From: an uncultured Candidatus Saccharibacteria bacterium
GTDB lineage: Bacteria > Patescibacteriota > Saccharimonadia > Saccharimonadales > Saccharimonadaceae
Assembly (NCBI GenBank): GCA_948614045.1
Contig: CAPFSK010000002.1
Location: 18,404 to 82,403 of the forward strand
Direction of reading: 5' to 3'
Length of the DNA: 64,000 bases
The notes under the pieces: model-generated
What the model saw: only the letters and a program-made list of their open reading frames with translations
Told to the model about the DNA's origin: nothing
The model's database searches: none
Made by a program: the position numbers and the translations under genes
Part shown: positions 16,501 through 26,253 of the stretch, piece after piece
How the letters are laid out: every line of letters begins with the position of its first letter
Numbering within the stretch: position 1 is the first letter of the stretch

Positions 16501-17139
16501 ATGAGCAAAAAGTTAGTTGGTGGAATTATTGGCGCAGTAGTCGTAGTCGCGATATTCGGACTAAGCGCATTCTTCTTACGCGGCCGTAATTCCGAGAACG
16601 AAAATAATAATGATAACAACGGAGGAAATGCTCAAGTGGAAAACAATACAAGCAAAACTGATGGTAAAATCTTAGTGGCTTACTATTCCGCTAGTGGTAA
16701 TACCGAGAATGTCGCGAAGAAAATTGCAGACAATCTTGGAGCGGATACTTTTGAGATTGTGCCACAGGAAATCTACACTGATGAAGATTTGGACTGGACG
16801 GCGGACGGCTCGCGCGTCAATCGTGAACATGAGGACGAAAGCTTGCGCGATATTGCGCTAGTTAATACCGCTCCGGCGGATTGGGCCTCATACGATACAG
16901 TCTTGATTGGCTATCCGATTTGGTGGGGAATTGCAGCCTGGCCGGTGAATAACTTTGTCAAAGAGAATGACTTTTCTGGCAAGACCGTAATCCCGTTCGC
17001 CACTTCGACATCCTCTGGACTAGGGCAGAGCGGGGAATTATTGGAAGCTATGTCGAATGGCGGTGATTGGCAGACTGGCATGAGGTTTAGCTCGCGCCCA
17101 TCTGACGGCGATATCAAAGATTTTACAGATAGTATTTAA
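16501..17139 (+). CDS. Membrane-anchored flavodoxin-like protein
   Basis: N-terminal TM, N-rich linker, then ILVAYYSASGNTENVAKKIA and a flavodoxin-like core. Confidence 0.75.
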   Translation: MSKKLVGGIIGAVVVVAIFGLSAFFLRGRNSENENNNDNNGGNAQVENNTSKTDGKILVAYYSASGNTENVAKKIADNLGADTFEIVPQEIYTDEDLDWTADGSRVNREHEDESLRDIALVNTAPADWASYDTVLIGYPIWWGIAAWPVNNFVKENDFSGKTVIPFATSTSSGLGQSGELLEAMSNGGDWQTGMRFSSRPSDGDIKDFTDSI

Positions 17140-17164
17140 CACAGAGAATGTAGCTGAACTAGCA

Positions 17165-17196
17165 AGAGACGATAGCTTTCGCTACCGTCTCTTTTC
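17165..17196 (+). terminator. Intrinsic terminator
   Basis: AGAGACGATAGC-tttc-GCTACCGTCTCT followed by TTTT. Confidence 0.7.
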
Positions 17197-17401
17197 GCTG
17201 ATGCGCGCCCACCCCGGGGCACATTGGTTTGTTTTAATCCGCTGTTTTTGTTTTTGTTAAAGTCTCCACACTCCACCAAACGTATTCAGTGGAACCCCTG
17301 TGAAGCGTACCAGCTTATACTTAGAATATAGCACAAACAGTTTCGTGTCAAGAGATTTTGCGCGAAAAGTCCAAAAATTATCAATCTCCGACCCTGCGGT
17401 A

Positions 17402-17430
17402 TTGACAAAAATGCAATTCTGTGCTACAAT
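17402..17430 (+). promoter_or_regulatory. Promoter cassette copy 3
   Basis: TATTGACAAAAATGC...TGTGCTACAATG with a 17-nt spacer. Confidence 0.75.
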
Positions 17431-17485
17431 GAAGAGATAAGGCCTATCTGCGTAGCGGATAGAGAACATTAAGGAGGGTGCAATT

Positions 17486-18163
17486 ATGCTAACCGATAGA
17501 GAAAAGTTGCGTGTCGGTAAACTCATCGCACGCATTCCGGCAACTCGAAAACCATTACGGATGGAAGAAGGAGGTCTTTGTCAGCTGCGCAGTAAAAACG
17601 CCGCCGACCTAAAGGTAAATCGGCACTATGCGATTGGCGGACCGAACTATAGGGAGCTTGACCGCTCACTGCATAGCCGCAGGTCGGAAACGACCGTACC
17701 ATATTATTGTCGTTTTGACATCTTTGAATATGGTCAACCTGCGGACATTGAGGATTGTGCTCGTAGGTTGTCGCGGCTCAGTATTCAGCTTAAAGTTTCT
17801 GAACTACGGCATTGTCGCCGACAAGATCTTTCACCTGCTGAAGCACGCTATCTCGGTCAATGTTTCATGGTTTGTGGCAAGGTTAACCAAGTCTTTGGCT
17901 ATGACACCTATGAACCGTCTTGCTCCGAAGCGCAGTGTGCTATCGGCAAGGATGGAACAGGGATGTATCCCTGTAGAATGAAACCTGCGCCGGTCGTGAT
18001 GGAAGAGGGGCAGACCATCGAGTTTGTGTATCACGTAGAGGAGCAAAGCGGACGCTTAATCAGTGTTTTTGATTATGGCAAACTTCGTACTTATAGCTTC
18101 ACTCCTCAAGAGTTCATTGCGAAAGGCGGATTCGGTCCAACGCAGCTCAATGCTATCATATAG
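17486..18163 (+). CDS. Hypothetical Cys-rich protein (orphan, 225 aa)
   Basis: ORF with SD AAGGAGGG, a strong promoter and a downstream terminator. Confidence 0.7.
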   Translation: MLTDREKLRVGKLIARIPATRKPLRMEEGGLCQLRSKNAADLKVNRHYAIGGPNYRELDRSLHSRRSETTVPYYCRFDIFEYGQPADIEDCARRLSRLSIQLKVSELRHCRRQDLSPAEARYLGQCFMVCGKVNQVFGYDTYEPSCSEAQCAIGKDGTGMYPCRMKPAPVVMEEGQTIEFVYHVEEQSGRLISVFDYGKLRTYSFTPQEFIAKGGFGPTQLNAII

Positions 18164-18194
18164 CTTAGTTTGATCGGTTTAGCCTCGGCTAAAG

Positions 18195-18227
18195 GGCAGT
18201 TACGTTTTTGTAACTGCCTGATTTTAT
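18195..18227 (+). terminator. Intrinsic terminator
   Basis: GGCAGTTAC-gttttt-GTAACTGCC followed by a T-rich tract. Confidence 0.7.
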
Positions 18228-18291
18228 TATACGTTTTTACTACGAGGTATTACAATTTGACGAAAGTGTTTATCTGTGGCAAAATAGAAAG

Positions 18292-19032
18292 ATGAAACCG
18301 CTCAAATTCACGCTGATTACGCTTTTCCCCGAGGCCTTGCAACCTTATCTCAATAGCTCTATGCTTTATAAGGCGCAGGATCGCGGAATCATTGCGATCG
18401 ATTATGTGAATTTGCGCGACTTTGGCCTCGGTCCGCATAAATCGGTCGACGATACGCCGTACGGTGGTGGCGACGGCATGCTCTTGCGCTGCGAGCCGGT
18501 TTTTGCAGCGATTGAGAGCGTCAAAGCTGATGACCCGGCCGCTGAAGTCATTCTCCCCACGCCCGTCGGCACGGTCTGGACGCAGGAGCTAGCGAGACAG
18601 TTCGCTGGAGTCGACCCCACAACAGATGGGGCCGAGAACGCGGCCCGAGAAAAGACGGCGCAACAGCCTCAACCAGGTTCTCAGCATTACATCATCCTTT
18701 GCCCTCACTACGAAGGTTACGACGAGCGTATTATGAGTATTGTCGATTATCCGATCTCGCTTGGGAACTATGTCTTGACTGGCGGGGAACTACCGGCGCT
18801 AATCATTATTGACTCGATTACGCGGTTATTGCCGGGTGTACTTGGTGGCGAAAATTCGGCGGCGATTGAAAGTTTTTCCGATGGTGATAATCTCGAATAC
18901 CCGCAATATACGAAGCCGGCCGAGTTTCGCGGGATGGCGGTGCCGGAAGTTTTGCTTTCTGGTCATCATGGTAAGATTGCTGAATGGCGCGCCGAGCAGA
19001 GTCGGTTAAGGACGGAGCGGAAACAGCCATAG
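18292..19032 (+). CDS. trmD: tRNA (guanine37-N1)-methyltransferase TrmD (with internal insertion)
   Basis: FTLITLFPE...DDTPYGGGDGMLL...CPHYEGYDERI...SLGNYVLTGGELPA. Confidence 0.9.
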   Translation: MKPLKFTLITLFPEALQPYLNSSMLYKAQDRGIIAIDYVNLRDFGLGPHKSVDDTPYGGGDGMLLRCEPVFAAIESVKADDPAAEVILPTPVGTVWTQELARQFAGVDPTTDGAENAAREKTAQQPQPGSQHYIILCPHYEGYDERIMSIVDYPISLGNYVLTGGELPALIIIDSITRLLPGVLGGENSAAIESFSDGDNLEYPQYTKPAEFRGMAVPEVLLSGHHGKIAEWRAEQSRLRTERKQP

Positions 19033-19057
19033 TCGCGGCGGTGCTATAATATTAACT

Positions 19058-21136
19058 ATGGATTTATCCGCGCCGATTGAATCAGTGAAAGGAGTTGGCC
19101 CGAAGACCGCCGAAGTTTTGCGGCGGGTGAACTTGCGCACTATCGGCGACCTCGTCTATTGTCTCCCGCGTGTTTATGAAAACTACCAGACAACGGTCAA
19201 AATCGCCGATTTACGGCCCGGCAAAGTTGTCATTCGTGGTAAAATTAGCGACCTGCGCCTCGTCCGCACCAGCCGCAAACGCCTGACTATCACTCAGGGT
19301 GTTATTCGCGACGACACTGGCGCGATTCGCACGCTTTGGTTCAATCAGCCTTACCGTGCCAAACAATTTGACGAAAAGCGCGAGTATTATTTCACTGGCA
19401 CTTATGAATTCAAGAGTGGGCGCTATCAGCTCACCTCGCCTAGCGCCACCCTTGTCCAAGACGTCGAGCAAGATTCCGCGGCCGGCTTCCAGCCGATTTA
19501 TTCGGCTAAGAGCGTCATTAAGCCTCAAACTTTTCATAAACTGATGGATGGCCTCCGTCCTGACTTCACCAAAATTCCAGATTTATTACCGCTCACAGAC
19601 GGCGCACCAAAATTCATTACGAAAGGCGCGCGTGCCGAGGCGCTCTATAATTCACATTTTCCCGAAAGCCCCGAAGACGCCGAGAAAGGCCGCGAATATC
19701 TCGCTTATGAAGAATTATTTGAACTCATCCTCGCCGCGAAACTTAACAAGCAGGAAAATCAACGTCTAAAATCAATCCCACTAAGATTTGAAGCTAAATT
19801 TATCCAAGCCATTGTCCAGCACCTGCCGTTCAAACTTACTGGAGCTCAGCGCCGCGCGACTTGGGAAATTTTGCAAGACCTCGAGCGCGGCACGCCAATG
19901 AACCGCTTACTCCAGGGGGATGTCGGCTCCGGCAAGACTATCGTCGCCGCCCTTGCCGCCGCCGAAGCTACGAAAAACGGCCATCAGACCGCCCTGCTCG
20001 CTCCGACCGCAATTCTCGCCACCCAGCATTTCGAGAGCCTCGGAGAATTGTTTAGCATGCTCGGCGGTGCCTTGCAGCGTCAGAAGATTGCCTGGCACAT
20101 GCCGCGGATTGCGCTCTTGACCGGCTCAACTCGCGACAAACGCCAGCTGAAAAAACTCATCGAACAGGGTGAAATCGACTTTGTCGTCGGTACGCACGCG
20201 CTGCTTACGGACGATACGCATTTCCATTCGCTGGCGTTCTGCATTATCGACGAGCAGCACCGCTTTGGCGTCGGTCAACGCCAAAAACTCCTTTTGAAAT
20301 CGCCCGAAAACACTGCCCCGCACCTCCTCTCGATGACCGCCACTCCGATTCCGCGCTCCCTCCAACTCACCGTCTTCGGCGACCTTGACGTTTCGCTCCT
20401 CAACGAACTTCCGCCGGGGCGTCAACCGATCGTCACTAAAATTCTTCCCGAGGTCGAGCAGCGCGACGAACTTTACCCTGCGATGCGCGAACTTTTAGCT
20501 AAGGGTCAGCAAATTTATTGGATTTGCCAGGTAATTGAAGAAAAAAATGCCAATACCGCTACTCCGGTCATCGAACAAGCCAAGAAACTCGCTAAGCTTT
20601 TTCCGAAGATAAAAGTCGACATGCTTCACGGTAAGATGAAACCCGACGAAAAGGATGCTATTATGACCCGCTTTGCCGCTGGTAAAATTCAAATCCTCGT
20701 CTCGACCACGGTCGTTGAAGTCGGCGTCAACGTGCCGAATGCCAATATGATCGTCATCCAAGACGCCGAAGGCTATGGCCTCGCCCAGCTTCATCAACTT
20801 CGCGGGCGCGTCGGTCGCGGCGATCAGCCGGCAAGTTGTTACCTTCTCACGACCGGCGAAGGTAAACCCTCGCGTCGCTTGCGTGAAATGGAAAAGTCAA
20901 CTGACGGCTTCCATCTTGCTGAAGTCGACCTCAAAATCCGCGGCCCGGGCGAAATTTACGGTTCGCAGCAGCATGGCGAGCTAAATCTCCAAGTCGCAAA
21001 CTTGACAGATACGCAGCTTATTGCTCAGGCTAGTCATCATGCCTCCGAGTTTGTCAAACATCCCGAAAATCTTCAAAATTACTCTGAACTCGCCACGCGC
21101 ATCAAGAAATACCAGCAACTCACCACCCTAAACTAG
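19058..21136 (+). CDS. recG: ATP-dependent DNA helicase RecG
   Basis: Wedge domain, motif I GDVGSGKT, DEQHRFG and QLRGRVGRG. 692 aa. Confidence 0.95.
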   Translation: MDLSAPIESVKGVGPKTAEVLRRVNLRTIGDLVYCLPRVYENYQTTVKIADLRPGKVVIRGKISDLRLVRTSRKRLTITQGVIRDDTGAIRTLWFNQPYRAKQFDEKREYYFTGTYEFKSGRYQLTSPSATLVQDVEQDSAAGFQPIYSAKSVIKPQTFHKLMDGLRPDFTKIPDLLPLTDGAPKFITKGARAEALYNSHFPESPEDAEKGREYLAYEELFELILAAKLNKQENQRLKSIPLRFEAKFIQAIVQHLPFKLTGAQRRATWEILQDLERGTPMNRLLQGDVGSGKTIVAALAAAEATKNGHQTALLAPTAILATQHFESLGELFSMLGGALQRQKIAWHMPRIALLTGSTRDKRQLKKLIEQGEIDFVVGTHALLTDDTHFHSLAFCIIDEQHRFGVGQRQKLLLKSPENTAPHLLSMTATPIPRSLQLTVFGDLDVSLLNELPPGRQPIVTKILPEVEQRDELYPAMRELLAKGQQIYWICQVIEEKNANTATPVIEQAKKLAKLFPKIKVDMLHGKMKPDEKDAIMTRFAAGKIQILVSTTVVEVGVNVPNANMIVIQDAEGYGLAQLHQLRGRVGRGDQPASCYLLTTGEGKPSRRLREMEKSTDGFHLAEVDLKIRGPGEIYGSQQHGELNLQVANLTDTQLIAQASHHASEFVKHPENLQNYSELATRIKKYQQLTTLN

Positions 21137-21276
21137 ACAGAAATCAAAAAGTATGCTATAATGGAAGTATGGGGTAGTCATAATCTGCGACTACACTGTT
21201 TTTATTAAGGGGTACCAACCCCCGCATTTTTAATAATCTAAAAGATAGAAGACTCATAGAAGGGAAGTGATTTTTC

Positions 21277-21999
21277 ATGCGGTTATCGACCGCAAACAAG
21301 ACCAGTAAGGCGACTTATTGTATGGCCATTATTGTTTTATTGATAGCGCTCAGTTATGGTGCTATGCGTTCTGCTGGAGTTATCTGGTCAAAACTTAGGA
21401 CCGAAGATAGCAGTAACAAAGTCAATCTTGACGAAGACGTCGATACTGAGGTTCCGCTCGAGAGCCTGAGCAATATCGACCACGGCGACACATTGGCGGA
21501 AGTTATGGAGGGGATCCGGCGTGAAGACTTCGAGGTCACGGCGGTTTTTACCGCGGACGGAGAGAAGCTGTTCGAGTACACCAGCTATAGCGGGGATAAT
21601 GTTCAATTAAGCGCTGAGCACGTCCAGCTTATGCGCAAGTATGATGGCATTATCAGGCTACATAATCATCCGCTAGAGTGCCATGCTTCGTTTTCTCGCT
21701 CTGACCTCGAATCTTTAGTCGGCTGTCATGCTGGCTATGGCATTATCGTCAGCAAGAACGCCACCTATGTCGTCACTCCAAACCGTAAATGGCCGTCGGT
21801 CGATGAGATTGACACCTTTATGCGCGAACATACCGATATGATGGAGGTCGTTTGGCCGCCGGATTATGACGAAGAGATCCCAGTGACAACCAAAGAGCTG
21901 ATGGAGCTCGTTGCTGAGGAGTATGACCTTAGATATTACGAGTGGAGCAAATCTAAGGTTTCCTCCGAAGAAGTTGCGCGGGCGATTCTCGGAGGGTAA
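21277..21999 (+). CDS. Hypothetical membrane-anchored protein with JAB/MPN-like HNHP...S..D motif
   Basis: N-terminal TM. RLHNHPLECHASFSRSD resembles the RadC/JAMM metal site, with one extra residue in the spacer. Confidence 0.65.
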   Translation: MRLSTANKTSKATYCMAIIVLLIALSYGAMRSAGVIWSKLRTEDSSNKVNLDEDVDTEVPLESLSNIDHGDTLAEVMEGIRREDFEVTAVFTADGEKLFEYTSYSGDNVQLSAEHVQLMRKYDGIIRLHNHPLECHASFSRSDLESLVGCHAGYGIIVSKNATYVVTPNRKWPSVDEIDTFMREHTDMMEVVWPPDYDEEIPVTTKELMELVAEEYDLRYYEWSKSKVSSEEVARAILGG

Positions 22000-22098
22000 A
22001 ACGAGTAGTCTTCTATCGGTAGAAGACTGAGGCGCGTCGATTTTGGACGCGCCGTTCTCTTTTATGTGATATGTTATAATGGTAGAGACAAATTAACT

Positions 22099-22935
22099 AT
22101 GTATTCCACTACGACTCTAGTCAAAAATTCAAAAATGAGCGGTAAGTTGGTCGGTACGCATCAGTTGCTCGACAAGGCTGCCCGCAAAGTCCTAGCGAAA
22201 CATCTCCCGCGTGGTCGATTTTTTCCAAGCAGTAAGGAAATTCTGCAATTCGAGGGTGCGCGCGGCCCAGACGGTCTAAAACGTAAAAGTCCGGACGATG
22301 ATGATCCTTCGCATATGTTCGGTGATGACAATGGCGCGGAATTGTGGCAGCAAATCGCAGACCATCGTCATAATCTCGTCCAAGCCCTCAAAAAACACGA
22401 TGAGGTTCGCGCGGCGTTTGAGGCAGCCTGGATGGCACACAAGATAACCGACAGTCTGACTCCGGCGCACCATTTTCCGCTTTCTGAGGCCAAGGAAGAG
22501 CTGATGTCGAACAAGGAATTCATCAAAATCTTCGGCGAACCGATTAAAGGTATCATGCACGGCCGCAGTGCTCTCGAAACTGCGCGCAATAACTGGCTTT
22601 ATTGGGGGGCTGGCGGCTACATGTCGAAGCATGTTGGTTACGAATATGGCGTCGCAGTGATTGCCGCCGCTTTGCCTGAGCGTACAATTATGCCGCATGT
22701 GAATTCCGAGGAATTTTGCCTTGTTGAGCCGAAAAAAGTGCTCTATGAGGCGATTGACCGCTTGCAGGTCGCGGCAATGTATGACCAATTCCGTCGAGAC
22801 GGCTGGACGGTCGACCTCGCTATGGCGACCAAGAACCAGCTCTTGCCGGAAATTGTTCGTGTCATTGCTCTGCTCTGGTATTCGGCAGCCGAAGAAGCTT
22901 ATGGTTTGCATCGCGCTCGAAAGGCGAAAAAATGA
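22099..22935 (+). CDS. Hypothetical protein (possibly zinc-dependent phospholipase-C-like; weak)
   Basis: ORF. Start chosen at the ATG downstream of TGTTATAAT (22072-22080). The GTHQLLDKAARKVL...GARGPDG...H pattern gives only weak support. Confidence 0.6.
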   Translation: MYSTTTLVKNSKMSGKLVGTHQLLDKAARKVLAKHLPRGRFFPSSKEILQFEGARGPDGLKRKSPDDDDPSHMFGDDNGAELWQQIADHRHNLVQALKKHDEVRAAFEAAWMAHKITDSLTPAHHFPLSEAKEELMSNKEFIKIFGEPIKGIMHGRSALETARNNWLYWGAGGYMSKHVGYEYGVAVIAAALPERTIMPHVNSEEFCLVEPKKVLYEAIDRLQVAAMYDQFRRDGWTVDLAMATKNQLLPEIVRVIALLWYSAAEEAYGLHRARKAKK

Positions 22936-23516
22936 CACACTTTTCGCGTGGCGGTAAAGGTAGTCCCGCAGCAACTGATCTCCGCGTCATCGCCGGAAAA
23001 TACAAAGGCACGAAGCTCGCGTCTCCCCGGAATTCCGCCACTCATCCTATGGGCGCGCGCGAGAAAAATGCCCTGTTTAATATGTTGCAGCCTTGGATTG
23101 CTGATGCGCGGGTGTTGGACGCTTACGCCGGCTCCGGCGCACTTGGTATCGAGGCGCTTAGTCGGGGTGCTACAAGTGCCGCTTTCGTTGAACAGCAACC
23201 GGCAGTTGTGCGAATTCTACATGAGAACTTATCGCGTATCGGAGTTGCGGCGGAGGTCTTGACTGAGGCAGTTGCGGCGGCGACTAGGCGGGCGGATTGG
23301 CAAGGGAAGTTCAATCTCATTATCGCCGACCCGCCGTATGACAACTTTCAGCAATCAGAAATCGAGGCGCTGAGCGGACTTCTGATGTCGGGCGGGATTT
23401 TAGCATTATCATATCCGGGGGATTTGGGCGAGTTGGAGCTGACGGGGTTTCAGCTCTTAACAGCGCGTCATTATGCTGCTGCCGGTATCGGCATTTACCA
23501 AAAAACTATGTTATGA
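22932..23516 (+). CDS. rsmD: 16S rRNA (guanine966-N2)-methyltransferase RsmD
   Basis: RVIAGKYKGTKL...HPMGAREKNALFNML...LDAYAGSGALGIEALSRGA...IADPPY. Confidence 0.9.
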   Translation: MTHFSRGGKGSPAATDLRVIAGKYKGTKLASPRNSATHPMGAREKNALFNMLQPWIADARVLDAYAGSGALGIEALSRGATSAAFVEQQPAVVRILHENLSRIGVAAEVLTEAVAAATRRADWQGKFNLIIADPPYDNFQQSEIEALSGLLMSGGILALSYPGDLGELELTGFQLLTARHYAAAGIGIYQKTML

Positions 23517-23538
23517 TGGTATAAACAAGGAGGTATCA

Positions 23539-24177
23539 ATGGAAAAAGAAAGCCAAGCTAAGACCAGCACCAAGGCGTCAAACCAAGGGCTGAACCAAGG
23601 TAGTAAGAAAAGTCCGGTGCAGATCGTCGCGCTTGTGATTGCACTCATCGCCGCGGTTGCATTAATCGGGCTATATTTGCTCATGAGCGCCGAAGAGAAT
23701 GCCGATGTTGGGTCGAACACGGTCGAAGAGGAAACGATTGAAACGAAATGCGTTATCACGGAGTGTATCAAGGAGATCGAAACTGGCGATAGCATTGAGA
23801 AAATTACGGAAGTAATTGGCGTCGAGCCAGAGACTGATGAGACTACGGGCACGGCAAAATGGAAGTTTAATAGCAAAGAAAGTATCGCACGCGAGAAGAG
23901 CGGTAGTAGCTATATCTTGCAGGCGACTATTGATAAGACCAAAATTGCGAATGATGATGTTGATTTGTCAATTTTCACTGAGCTGAAACAAAAGCTGGAG
24001 AGCGGCGAATCGTTCACTTACGACGAGCTGGTCAAGCAGCTTGGTGGCGTCGAAGGTACATTGGCCGGCAAAACTGATACCTCGAAGCGCTATGCCTGGG
24101 TAGATAAACATGATCAGACCTTTAGCGCAACTTTCTCTGACAAAACTGGGCAGTGCAGTATTATTAGCTTACGCTAA
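23539..24177 (+). CDS. Hypothetical membrane-anchored protein
   Basis: SD AAGGAGG before the ATG at 23539. TM segment IVALVIALIAAVALIGLYLLM. Confidence 0.65.
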   Translation: MEKESQAKTSTKASNQGLNQGSKKSPVQIVALVIALIAAVALIGLYLLMSAEENADVGSNTVEEETIETKCVITECIKEIETGDSIEKITEVIGVEPETDETTGTAKWKFNSKESIAREKSGSSYILQATIDKTKIANDDVDLSIFTELKQKLESGESFTYDELVKQLGGVEGTLAGKTDTSKRYAWVDKHDQTFSATFSDKTGQCSIISLR

Positions 24178-24190
24178 GTTTTAGTATGCA

Positions 24191-24218
24191 GTAGGGTGCT
24201 TTTGGTGCCCTACTTTTG
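24191..24218 (+). terminator. Intrinsic terminator
   Basis: GTAGGGTGC-ttttg-GTGCCCTAC followed by TTTT. Confidence 0.55.
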
Positions 24219-24254
24219 TCATTTCAGGAAGTTTTATGCTATAATAGAACCGTT

Positions 24255-24339
24255 GCCCGTGTGGTGAAATTGGTATACACGTATGCCTTAGGAGCATATG
24301 CCGCAAGGCGTGCTGGTTCAAGTCCAGTCGCGGGCACCA
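24255..24339 (+). tRNA. tRNA-Leu (anticodon UAG), long variable arm, CCA encoded
   Basis: Acceptor GCCCGTG/CGCGGGC, anticodon loop CTTAGGA, variable arm GCCGCAAGGCGT, T-arm GCTGGTTCAAGTCCAGT. TGCTATAAT promoter at 24237-24245. Confidence 0.9.
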
Positions 24340-25898
24340 TCAATGAATTCCTTGCCTTTGAGCAAGGTAGCAAAAGGCTCTTTCCAGAGGAAATGAGGCC
24401 TTTTTTCATCGTCAATTTCGAGGTTCAAGACGCATTTTCGAGTAAGCATGTCTTTTTCGGCTACACCAGCATTTCTTATCTGTTGCGGAAGGTTTTTAAG
24501 CAGGTTCAAGAACTCATCTTTAGAAACTATGGCTTGTTGGTATTTCTCGATATTGCCATCAATCTTCGAAAGTTCTGTCTCGATGTTTGCTAGGTCAGTT
24601 TCCAAAGACGCTAACTTATTCTGGGCGAGCTCACGGGGCTTCGAGCCAACTTGTAAGCTTGGCATTACGTTAAAAGAAATATGGTTTATTTCTGACGTTA
24701 GGTGAGATTTTCTACCTTGTAGACTACGGCGGTCAGTTCTCAACTGGACGACTTTCTCATCCGACCGTTTACCAAACTGCTTGCTATATGCTTTGTATTC
24801 TTTCTCCGTAAACTTTACGCTGTCTAGAGCTCTGTATAGAACGTTAAATATCGCCTCTGCACGTATGCTCTTTTGTGTTCTGGTACACTCCTTGTTGTCG
24901 CATCTATAATATAGATACCTTTCCTTACTGTGCGACCGACTAGCTCCAGGATACATTACATGCCCACAAACACCGCAACGCACCATGCCTCTTAAAGGAT
25001 AAAATGTAGCACGATTCTTCTTACTGGTTTTACCGGTCTTTCCATGAGGATTATCCGCAACAATAGCCTGAACTTTGTTGTATTCTTCCTCCGTCACCAT
25101 TGGCTTGAAATCATCAATTACTTTCCTTAAGTCCACCTCTTGGTCTGCTTGGACTAGCACTCCATAGTAAAATGAATCTTTGAAGATATTTGTCGGAGTA
25201 TTTATACTTGGCTTTATTGCTCGCGGAGTTTTATTCTTCCTATTAACCTTTGTCATCTTTTCCATTCCACTTTGTAGCCAGTAATCCAAAATCTCCTTAT
25301 TGCCCGCACCTTCTAACTTCATCTCCCAACCCTTACGGACTAAATCAAAGTTACTATCGGGTTCATAAAACCCTTGTAAGTTGCGATTATAGCCCCATTT
25401 TGGAGTGCCAGAGGACTTACCTTCTGGCAGTCTATTATCATTAGCACGTAACACACCTTCAGAAATATGCTCGGAGTATTGTTTAGCTAGAGCAAATAGG
25501 ATGTTCAACATAAGCTTACCACTACTATCATTCTCAAATCGACAAAACGGGAACTTCATGTCCTTAATGATTTCCTTGTCATACATGTCCATGATGGTAC
25601 CAGACTCTAGTGAGTTGCGAGAGAGCCTATCAGGATGCCATGCAATAATACCATCATAGATACCGTTTTCGATATCTTGTATCATCTCCATAAATGCTGG
25701 TCTGTTCTTGGGTGTTTTGGCAGACTTTTCTTCACGTATGACCTTAACAATCTTTAGTCCCTCACGCTTTGCTAGAGCCTTACAGTCCTTTATCTGGTCT
25801 TCAATGGAATGCTCTTGACTACCTTTATCTTCTGTAGATTTCCTCGCATACAGGACATAGTTCAGTTTAGATACATCTATCTCCTTTTTGCGTGCCAT
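24318..25898 (-). CDS. Large serine recombinase (integrase)
   Basis: N-terminal resolvase domain YARKSTEDKGS...HPDRLSRN, recombinase domain, zinc ribbon CGVCGH...YYRCDNKEC, and a coiled-coil tail. Confidence 0.9.
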   Translation of the reverse strand: MARKKEIDVSKLNYVLYARKSTEDKGSQEHSIEDQIKDCKALAKREGLKIVKVIREEKSAKTPKNRPAFMEMIQDIENGIYDGIIAWHPDRLSRNSLESGTIMDMYDKEIIKDMKFPFCRFENDSSGKLMLNILFALAKQYSEHISEGVLRANDNRLPEGKSSGTPKWGYNRNLQGFYEPDSNFDLVRKGWEMKLEGAGNKEILDYWLQSGMEKMTKVNRKNKTPRAIKPSINTPTNIFKDSFYYGVLVQADQEVDLRKVIDDFKPMVTEEEYNKVQAIVADNPHGKTGKTSKKNRATFYPLRGMVRCGVCGHVMYPGASRSHSKERYLYYRCDNKECTRTQKSIRAEAIFNVLYRALDSVKFTEKEYKAYSKQFGKRSDEKVVQLRTDRRSLQGRKSHLTSEINHISFNVMPSLQVGSKPRELAQNKLASLETDLANIETELSKIDGNIEKYQQAIVSKDEFLNLLKNLPQQIRNAGVAEKDMLTRKCVLNLEIDDEKRPHFLWKEPFATLLKGKEFIDGARDWT

Positions 25899-25927
25899 AG
25901 ATGTATTATATCATATTACCCCTGTTA

Positions 25928-26149
25928 TTAGAACTTAATCATACCTCCTCTATTATCACTCATAGTAGTTGCTGTATCAAACTTCGCCCATTCTGGATTG
26001 GGGCACGGTGTATTTTGCAGGTGTTTCAGGCAGTGGACTAGAGCAACCAGATTGTCGCCAGCCTCATCCTCTTTGGACCGTAAAGCGAGCACTAGCCGAC
26101 TATCACTATCATCAGGCTTCAAAATCAAACCATTCTGATTAGTCTTCAT
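25928..26149 (-). CDS. Hypothetical small protein (73 aa)
   Basis: ORF in the same orientation as, and tightly spaced with, the integrase operon. Confidence 0.45.
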   Translation of the reverse strand: MKTNQNGLILKPDDSDSRLVLALRSKEDEAGDNLVALVHCLKHLQNTPCPNPEWAKFDTATTMSDNRGGMIKF

Positions 26150-26253
26150 CAGCTAGTGCCTCCGTGTTTATGTTAGTTTTTGTTTTATACTGACATTATC
26201 TCGTAAGACACCAAAAAGTTCTTCACCCGTGAGGGGGATATTTGGGGGATGTT

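Noticed and set aside
17257-17535. 92-aa minus-strand ORF
   Set aside because: It lies antisense across promoter cassette copy 3 and the start of the 225-aa gene. It has no signals of its own.
24216-24593. 125-aa plus-strand ORF across the tRNA
   Set aside because: It runs through tRNA-Leu and antisense to the integrase 3' end, so it is spurious.
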